From: the human T2T-CHM13v2.0 reference genome, Homo sapiens
Direction: 5' to 3' (one strand)
Length of the DNA stretch: 64,000 nt
NCBI RefSeq assembly: GCF_009914755.1
Contig: NC_060927.1
Below are positions 46,464 to 64,000 of this stretch, piece by piece (position 1 is the stretch's first letter; each line of letters starts with the position of its first letter). The notes under the pieces were generated by a model, which ran no database searches, was not told where the DNA came from, and worked only from the letters and a program-made list of their open reading frames with translations. The position numbers and the translations under genes are program-made.

Positions 46464-46862
46464 TGAGACCGTGCCCGGCTAATTTTTGTGTCTTTTCAGT
46501 AGAGGTGGGGTTTTGCTATGTTGGCCAGGCTGGTCTTGAACTCTGACCTCAAGTCATCCACCTACCTCTGCCTTCCAAAGTGCTGGGATTACAGGTGTGA
46601 GCTGCCGTGCCCAGCTGACTAGTGAACTTTGAATGAAAGAGGTAAGAGTTGGCAGCCATCCCTAAGCTGATCTGTTGTCAGGGCCTACAGAGTGGTGGAC
46701 CTGATTGATGGCTCCACTAAGCATTGGTTGAAAGAGGACAAGCTAGTGGTCTCCTTCTGAACCACAGAACCAGACAATGATTTGTGTGACCGTTTTCTCA
46801 GTTCTTCCATTCTGGCTGCATAGGGATGGAGTTAATTCACTACATACGACAGAGGCCTTAGG

Positions 46863-47676
<814 letters not shown>

Positions 47677-47704
47677 TTATGGAGAGAGATCCATGTTATA
47701 TTAA

Positions 47705-47887
<183 letters not shown>

Positions 47888-49801
47888 TGAGTAGCTGGGA
47901 TTACAGGCTCCTGCCACCACGCCTGGCTAATTTTTGTATTTTTAGTAGAGACGGGGTTTCACCATGTTGGCCAGGCTGGTCTTGAACTGCTGACCTCAAA
48001 TGATCTACCCTCCTCGGCTTCCCAAAGAGCTGGGATTACAGGCATGAGCCACAGCACCTGGCCACATTTTCATAAATATCTGTGTTTATACCTGCAAATA
48101 AACAGTCTGTAACTGCACACTATCCAGTATTTTAGCCACTAGGCTAATAAAATTAAGCTAAAAATTCAGTCCCTTCGTCACCCTATCCACATTCCAAGAG
48201 CTCAGTAGTCCCTTGTGCATAGTGGCTACCATATTGGATATCAAGCCTTAGGTCACTGCTCTCTTCAAACTGCTGAACTGGTTGAGAAAGACTGAGCTTA
48301 ACGGATAGAACCTGCTAGCCCTGCAGCCATTGGGGTTTTGTGACTACTGAGTCCCAGAGCCTCTGTGGTTTTTAAGAGTAACACACAGGAAGGAAGCTCA
48401 CTGAGGTGCAACCGTTATTAGTACCTTGGGGAGTTTAACAGGAGCACAGTGTAGAAGCAAAACAGCTTTGTGGAGGACCCTGTTCCGTTTTTGTACAACT
48501 GAAATTAACTACTATTCAAATTGCTGAGGATCACATAAACCTGATGTCCACTTTAGGCATGTTCTTATAAAAATGTTCCTTTCGACTGCTTCTTAACTGC
48601 CTAATGTACATTATGGGGCTTGCTTAACATTTTGGAGAAAAAATAGTTTCTTACTTGTACATAACTTCTAGGTGGTGCTCACATTACATTCAGCTCCAGC
48701 AGTTTGTGTCCATGTAGTAGGAGGTAGGCTGCAAAGTATAGGGGTATTAAAACCAGGTGGTTGTGGTATTCTGAGAGCTCTATTGCTATAGTAACTCATA
48801 TTCTCCAGGCCCGGGTTCTTGTCCTTACTCTGCCCTTCACCCTGTCAGCTTCCCCCTGACTTGATAGACTGGTTCTGCCTGTCCAGCTGCACTCTGTTCA
48901 TCAAAATGAGTCCTTGGAGCATGTGAAAGTATTGTGTCCAAGGGCATAGAAGGTAGGAACCGCTGTGCCCCTGGGTCAGACTGGCCTGGGGTGGAGTCTA
49001 TTCTCATCACATACTAGTGGTGCGCCCTTGTTTAAGGCATCTACCCTCTCTGAGCTTCAGGGTTTTTGTTGTATAAGAGATGTAGTGACGCCTCCCTTCA
49101 GACATTGTTGGGAGATGGAGTAAACTGAGGGCTAGAAGGCAGAGAGTAAGTGCCCCATAAGCAGAGCAGTTATACCTCCCTCTCTGAAGATATGTGTCTG
49201 CATGGCATGTGTACTGTGGTCACTTCCACAGTTGGTTATGAAATTGGAGCTAGTGTCTCAGGATGACACAGCAACCTTCTCAGAGTAGGAAGGATAGATT
49301 TATATGTACGTTATCCTAAGTGATGGTGACCATTATTAAAACCAGTAGGGACTTCTAGCTTGACTTCAGCCTATAGTTTCAAGCTTCTCTCCCACTAAAT
49401 GCTTTAGCAGCCCTGTTACAAGTAGAAGAGCTCCTTTACTTTACTTTCATCTTCTGTTTTCCCAGTCTCCCCAGCACAGAAAGTACTGATGAGTAGTAAA
49501 ATGACCAAAAGCTCCCTTGTCAAAGGAAAAAAGGTGCATTTATCATTGATAACATACCAGGCTCTTACCCAAGCTCAGATGATCTCAATCTTTATTACTC
49601 AGGATTCCTTATTTAATTTATTTTATTTTTCCAAGAAAGGGTCTCACTCTATCGCCCAGGCTGGAGTGCAGTGGTGCAATCACGGCTCACGGCAGCCTCC
49701 ATCTCCCTGGGCTTAAATGATCCTTCTTGGGCTTCAGTGATCCACCCGCCTCAGCCCCCCAAATAGCTGAGACTACAGGTGTGCGCCACCACAGCTAGCT
49801 A

Positions 49802-49804
<3 letters not shown>

Positions 49805-49840
<36 letters not shown>
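49805..49840. repeat. (GT)~18 in an Alu linker
   Basis: Seen directly. Confidence 0.9.
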
Positions 49841-49842
<2 letters not shown>

Positions 49843-51394
49843 TTTTTGTAGAGACAGGGTTTCACCATGTTGCCCAGGCTGGTCTTGAACTCCTGGGCTC
49901 ATGCAATCCACCTGCCTCATCCTCCCAAAGTGCTGAGATTACAGGTGTGAGCCACCGTGCCTGGCCAGGATTTCTTATTTTAAAGTATCATGTTTTAAAT
50001 TACATGTGTAGCAAACTGAGAAACTTTTCCAAAAATTGTTTTTCCTGATTGTAAAAATAATTTATGCTCATTGAGGATAACCTGAAAAACGTAGGAAAAA
50101 AAAAATAGCCAAAAGTGGGCATAGAATCTAGGACAACAGAGGCTGGAGTCATGGTACTCCTTCTTAGAAATCAGAGACTGATACAATTGTTTCTCATATT
50201 TAAAGAGAATGGCTGCTTTTTGTTTTTTCTGGGTGCTCTTCACAGTGCTGCCACCGTCTTCTGTGCTTGCTGATTAGAGTCGTGATATACTCACCTGCAG
50301 ACACTTTGTGTTTGCTATTTTCTTAGCAGGGAAGAAAACAGTTACAAAGCTGGCCATTGTGCTGGCTGCTCTAAATATACTGTCTTCTTTCATATTCACC
50401 ATGACTCTGAAGGTGTGATTTAGCAGGTGAGGAAACTGAAGCACAGAGAAGTTAGGCTGCAAAGCTAATAAGCAGTCGTTGGGCTTCGTTCCAGATCTCT
50501 GTGACTGGAAAATGTGTGCCCTCCCCTGCTGGGGACTTGTGGCTGTGCTATGGAGGAGGGATGGCACATTGTGGCTGATCATGACACAGTGACCAGCTCC
50601 TCCTTCAGGTTCCAGAAGGGCTCCCAGGGGGCCTGTCTTTGAGGCAGTGGAAAAGGGGGAAGGTAGAGGAGACATGGCCCAGGAGGGAGCGCTTCAGTCT
50701 CCAGCAGGTACTCAGGTCAGTGCCAGTGAAGGGCGTGAGGGATGAGGAGCTGGCCACCTCAGATACCAGAGCCCAAAGAAAAAGCATCATTTCCAGCGGA
50801 TCCGAGTTTCTATGTTGTTGTCTATTCTAGCCTACTAAACATGTAGTGGGTAGTTCTCTGAGATCATGTTCACTTCATCCATTTGTAGAGTTTTAGGACA
50901 TTGTGAGGATTATTGAACAAGTGAAAGTTATATTTCGTTTTTAATTACTATTTAATTGAGCTTCAGATTTTTAAAGTTTGGTATTTTTTTTCTTTACTTT
51001 GATGTAAGATGGAATTACTGGGTTTCCATTTTAGCAAATTATGTAATTTGCGTGGGTGTCATTTAAGGGTCATTATACTATAGAATGCTGCAGGAAGTGG
51101 CTATTTAAAAAGCTGTATCCATTCTGTAGTCATGTTTGAGGTCAAAAGGATTTTGGAGTGCTTCTTTGCAGTGTTTTTCTTCTCTGGAACATCAGCTGTC
51201 TTTGAAGTCGGTGTGGAGACCAGCTCTCCTGGTAGGGCAGGAGACCATCCCACAGCGGAGAGTGTAGACTTCAAAAGGCCCGGAGAAGGGAGAAGAGAAG
51301 CATGCATGATCATGACGCTCATCTCACTGCAGGGATCAAAGCGTGTTTGCAATGTGTGCTTCATCTCTTCTTTTGCTAAAGTTAAAGCACATGA

Positions 51395-51639
<245 letters not shown>

Positions 51640-52601
51640 TGATCCGCCCGCCTCGGCCTCCCAAAGTGCTGGGATTACAGACATGAGCCACTGTGCCCGG
51701 TCTCTATGAATTAGATTTTTAAACAAAATTTATTTCATGTGGCTGAAAAGAAGATGCGTTTGGCTTTATTCATCTGCCAAAATTTAGGTTAATACGGTAA
51801 TGATTCTTCAGATGCCTTTAAAAACCCTTAACATTTTCATTTGTTTTGGGGCAGTTTTTGCATATTATTAGATTGCAGAAAAATTGAAACAAAACAAAGG
51901 TAGGTTCTAGCACTGAAAATCTGCAGATGAAACGACAGTAAATAATGACTACTTAGCAGAGCAAGGAGTAATCACTAATTCTAAGTGAAATATTAAGGAC
52001 TGTAAGTGGCCAGGCAGGTGGCCAGTGAGCTAAGCAGAAGTCCTGCAAGCTGAATTCTATGAGAATTTCCTCAGAAACCTTGCTGTCCTCTAGGATGATG
52101 TGGACTGCTGCCTATGGCTGCAGCTGTTGTGCTGTGTGACACTGTGATTTTGAATAGGTAGAACAGCGAAAAGAGGGGCATAAGTAAGGGATATTTAGGT
52201 TATAAACAGTCTGACTGGGTAGAGGAGGGTTTGCATGGGAAGAAAGGGTTAGGACAGTTTGGTCAGGTGGTAGAAGAATTTGGAAGCTAGGCTGAGGAAT
52301 TTGGATTTACCCTGTGAGCCAGTGGGAGCCATGGAAGGTCCTGGAGCAGAGAAGTAGCGTGGTGGTAGATTCCAGCCAGGTCACTTGTTTTCAGCATTCT
52401 TTTCAGGCCTTCCTATGAAGAGAAAGTGCCAGGGGAGAAGTGAGTTTCGGAGTGAACCCAGAGGGGTGGTGTGGCTGATGGGCACTGGAGACAAACAGGC
52501 CTGCCTCCTCTCCCAGATCCACCACTTTCTAGTCAAGGCATCTATCCTTCAGAGACTCATTTCCTCCAGCAGAGGGAAATAGTTCTTTCTTGCTCCTTTA
52601 A

Positions 52602-53680
<1,079 letters not shown>

Positions 53681-55466
53681 CTCTGCCTTAGGGGTAGAGA
53701 GGTGGGAACACTGACAGGTTCTGCAAAACATCTCTGAACAGCTGCTGGTGTCTTTTTCTGTACTTCAAGTTTCACGGCACATCTGATAGCTGTGCCGAAA
53801 GGGAAGAGAGAATTACGTGGGCTAGGCTGGTTTGAAGGTTTGCGTAAGTTTTGGCTTGAGCGACTTAACACGTTTATTTCAAAGTAATTTGTGTTTGTAG
53901 CCTCACTAAAGTAATTTGGGGCCAGAAAGGTTCAAAATACGTTTTCCTACTTAGTTTTCCTAAAATTTCACCAAACCGAGGTACCTTTGAGTACCTACTA
54001 CTGTGCAGTGAAATCCCACATACCCTTTCAGAAACTCAGGAAAACAAATTGCAAATGGGGATGCTTACTTGGAAAATGGCACGGCCAGTGTTGGGAGCAT
54101 TAATCAATTCCAAAGGTGTGGGAATAACAGCCCCCACCTCTGCACCCTCAGGTAAGAGTCAGTGGGTCTACATCATTGGGGTGAACCAGCTCAGTCCATG
54201 GACTAGTGAGGACTCCCACCTTTCCAAATTGCAGAAAGAGCCTGGCCTCAGGACTTCCCCGGGTTGCCAGCTATGTCTGGCAGGTTGGAGGGTCTTGGGA
54301 GTCAGCAGGACTTGGGTTCCAGTTCCCAGCCAGCTGCATCCTAGCTATGCCACCTTGGATAGCTCATTCGATCTCGCTGAGCTGAGATCTACCACCTAGG
54401 GTGGCTGTGAGGATTAATGAGAAGTATTGGGTTAGGGGCTTAGCAAAATTCCCAGCACATGATCAGTACTGGTTTTAAGTTAATTATCTCTTTTCCTCCC
54501 TCACTTAAGTCAGAAATCACGTGGTCCTGGTGCAAGTGCATTTCCAGTTTGAAAAACTTCAGCACCAGACCTCAGTGATTTGCCAGAATGCCCACATGCT
54601 AGGGCTTGACACAGCAGCCTCCCTGGCATGCCAAGATAGGGGGTGTTGTGTCAAGAGGAGGGGCAGAAAGGAGTGGGCCCTTTGGGGAAGTGGCAGCAGA
54701 TGGCAGGGTTTGGTGGCAGGCTGAAATCCGTCTGACTCAGGTCTGCCCTGCAGGGCTGTTAGCTCTCCTTTCCATGCCTGATGGGCCTTGGTGCTTTATC
54801 TTCTCTTTTATGTACTCTGTCGATCCTGTTCCACATCGGAGAGGGCAGTAAAGATGGGAATGATTCATTGGAGGATCCCAGGCTGCTGACTCCAGCTCAG
54901 GAGGTAGAGGCCTGACTTCAAATGTCGAGTTTCTGCTGGTCTCCAGGGCTCTCTTCTCTTTACTTTAATAAGAGCTACAGCTTGGTTGCAAGCAGTAGGC
55001 AGCTGTGTTTTTTTTTTCTTTTTTTTTGAGACGGAGTCTTGCTCTGTTGCCAAGGCTGGAGTGCAGTGGTGCAATCTCGGCTCACCACAACCTCCGCCTC
55101 CTGGGTTCAAGTGATCCTCCTGCCTAAGCCTCCCATGTAGCTGGGACTACAGATGCGTACCTCCATGCCCGGCTAATTTTTGTATTTTTAGTAGAGACGG
55201 GGTTTCACTATGTTGGCCAGGCTGGTCTTGAACGCCTGACCTTGTGATCCACCTTCCTCAGCCTCCAAAGTGCTGGGATTAGAGGCGTGAGCCACTGCGC
55301 CCGGCCTCTTTTTTTTTTTTGTTCACAGCATTGGAAACTTGAGGTGAAAACAGTTCCCTTTTGATTAGGCTGGTTGGTATATCGAGCAATCTAGAAAACT
55401 TCAGGCTGGGCGCGGTGGCTCACACCTGTAATCCCAGCACTTTGGGAGGCTGAGGCAGGCAGATCA

Positions 55467-56482
<1,016 letters not shown>

Positions 56483-56983
56483 TATATACTTTGTGGAATA
56501 ATTGAATCAAGCCAATGAACATATTATCACTTCATGTAGTTATCATTTCTTTGTGGTGAGAACATTTAAAATCCACTGTTTTAGTCATTTTGATATATGC
56601 ATTATTATTGACTACAATCACCATGGTGTGCAGTAGATCACCACAGCATATTCTTCGTGTCTTACTTGAAACCTTCCACCAGCATCATCTCTTTCTTGGT
56701 CTACTCCCACTGCCACCCTGTGGTAACCACCATCCTACTCTACTTCTGGAGGCTCATTCTTAATGTTCCTTTACAGGGGAAATACAATGGGTATGGGTGG
56801 TGCCTTGGGGCTACCAGTAACTAAGCGCACCCTGTAGGTAGACATGCACATGCTACAAATGGTGTTGCATGTAGGATAGCAGTGGGCCACGGTCCAGGGC
56901 AGGTGACAGCAGAAGTAACTCCCACTCCATCCTGTATCCCAAGCCTCCATGGGCTGGTGTGACCTCTTCTACTCACCTGATCC

Positions 56984-57190
56984 CCAGTTTCTCAACCTTG
57001 GTACTTTGACATTTGGGGTCAGATGGCTCTTTGTTGTGGGGGTCTCCTGTGCATTACAGGACATTTAGCAGCATTCCTGGCCACTACCTATTAGGTAGCA
57101 CTCCTGTCCCCTGTGACAACCTAAAATGTTTCCAGGCATTACCAGATGTCTGCTGAGCAGAATCACCCCCGCTTTTAAGAACACTGACCT
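56984..57190. mobile_element. MER20
   Basis: CAGTTTCTCAACCTTGG...GACATTTGGGGTCAGAT...TTAAGAACACTG. Confidence 0.75.
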
Positions 57191-58221
57191 AAACATAGAG
57201 TGTCTTGGCAGAAACATTAACTAGGATATCATTTTGGGATGTCACAGCCTGACATCAGGACGCAGGCATTGTCTTGCTGCTACTGCTTCCCATATGCCAA
57301 ATGCTTTCCCCAAACATTATTGCTTGTTTTAAAGCCAAGTTTATTTTTTTAATCTAAATTATATCTATACACAGGAAAGGAATGGAATGCAGTACCTTTT
57401 TCGTCAGAATGCACTTTTCTGTTGAGAATCATTTCCCCAGCATGAACAAAGCACGGGTTTGGAACGTGATAGGTGCTTAGTCCATGCTCACAATTGGCAG
57501 CAACATCTTCATAAAAACACATGTCCAAACTTTAAACTCAAAGCTATGTAGTTTATATGTGTTTATATAAAGGAGACCAGCAAATGCTTACTTAGTAGCT
57601 TCTAAGTGCCCAACATTGAGCTGGAATTTTAAACATTAAAATTATTCCTCTGATGGCCAGGCGCAGTGGCTCACGCCTGGAATCCCAGCACTTTGGGAGG
57701 GCGAGGTGGGCAGATCACGAGGTCAGGAGATCGAGACCATCCTGACCAACATGGTGAAACCCCCTCTCTACTGAAAATACAAAAATTAGCCAGGCATGGT
57801 GGTGCGTGCCTGTAAATCCCAGCTACTCGGGAGGCTGAGGTGGGAGAATCGCTTGAACTAGGGAGTCAGAGGTTGCAGTGAGCCGAGATCGCGCCACTGC
57901 ACTCCAGCCTGGCCACAGAGTGAGACTCTGTCTCAAAAAAAAAAAAAAAGAAAAAAAATTATTCCTCTGATACATGAAGCAATCGATGCGCAAAGTGATT
58001 TTTGTGATTTAACATTTTTTCCCTCTAGACATAAAAAAAACATGTTTATGTGTAGTTGTTTGGAGTTATCCAATTATACATGCCAATTTACATTTCTATA
58101 AGAATGTAAAAGCCAAGAAAATGTGTCAGTAAAACGAACCTAAGTTGACAAGAACATTTAAATGCTAAAGGACTGATCTCCAAATGTAAGACTGTCAGTT
58201 GTTTTTAGCATTTTATCTTTA

Positions 58222-58443
<222 letters not shown>

Positions 58444-58983
58444 TCAGGAGGCTGAGGTGGGAGGACTGCTTGAGCCCAGGAGGTCGAGGCCGCATGCCAT
58501 TGTACTCTAGCGTGGATGACAGAGTAACACCTTATCTTTAAAAAAAAATAGAGGGAGAGATTTGTCACACTACACAAGTCAGTTTTGAAATGTTTTATAA
58601 CCCCATATAAAACCATGCCAAGTACATAATAATTGAGCGGATATTGTTGAACGTTGAATGTACCATCCTTAACATAATCCAGGAGAGGCAGAAGTTCCTG
58701 CTTATTTGGAATTTATCAGTCTTTGCCAAATAAACAGCATATAAATGAATGATAGTGTAATACGATCAATTTTAAAATGTAGTTACCAGGTTAACGTCTC
58801 ATTTGGCTTTATTTTCTAAATAACCTATTTAAATCAGTGGAATCAATTCAGTAGAAAGGATTTGTTGAGTAGTGACCGTGAGTAATGCCTATATGATACC
58901 ACTCAAAGTTAGTAAAACAGGCTGGGCGCAGTGGCTCATACCTGTAATCCCAGCTCCAGGCTGGGCACAGTGGCTCATACCTA

Positions 58984-59295
<312 letters not shown>

Positions 59296-59555
59296 TTATG
59301 ATTTAATTTATACTTTCATCATAATGTCCTGTGTGTATAAACTGGAGGCTGCTCTAGGTCTGTGTTTCATGCTTGCTTAATAATTATTACCTGGGGAAGC
59401 TATTAAAACTTCTCATTTTGGCCGGGCGCGGTGGTTCACGCCTGTAATCCTGGCACTTTGGGAGGCTGAGGTGGGCGGATCACCTGAGGTCAGGAGTTAG
59501 AGACCAGCCGGGCCAAGGTGGCGAAACCCCGTCTCTACTAAAAATACAAAAATTA

Positions 59556-64000
<4,445 letters not shown>

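Overview
Human (primate) genomic DNA from the RPP14/HTD2-PXK locus (3p14.3), identified from the translated exons. The + strand carries the complete RPP14 gene: CpG-island exon 1 near 4.7-5.06 kb and five coding exons at 8737-15903 giving the 124-aa RNase P subunit p14. Its last exon also holds a second, intronless 168-aa ORF, HTD2 (mitochondrial FAS-II 3-hydroxyacyl-thioester dehydratase, 16021-16527). This is a known rare vertebrate bicistronic arrangement. A second CpG island (~31.0-32.1 kb) holds PXK exon 1 (CDS 31396-31497), and the rest of the window is PXK intron 1 (exon 2 not found). The region is very Alu-dense (roughly 75-80 copies by eye), with L1, L2, MIR, LTR and DNA-transposon relics, and most of the ORF track is Alu/L1 noise. 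I found no clearly novel system. The most interesting sequence-level observations are the translational and splicing logic of the bicistron, an inverted twin ATF4/C-EBP element inside a candidate poison exon in PXK intron 1, a CRE/NRF1/CTCF promoter, and several small recent duplications.
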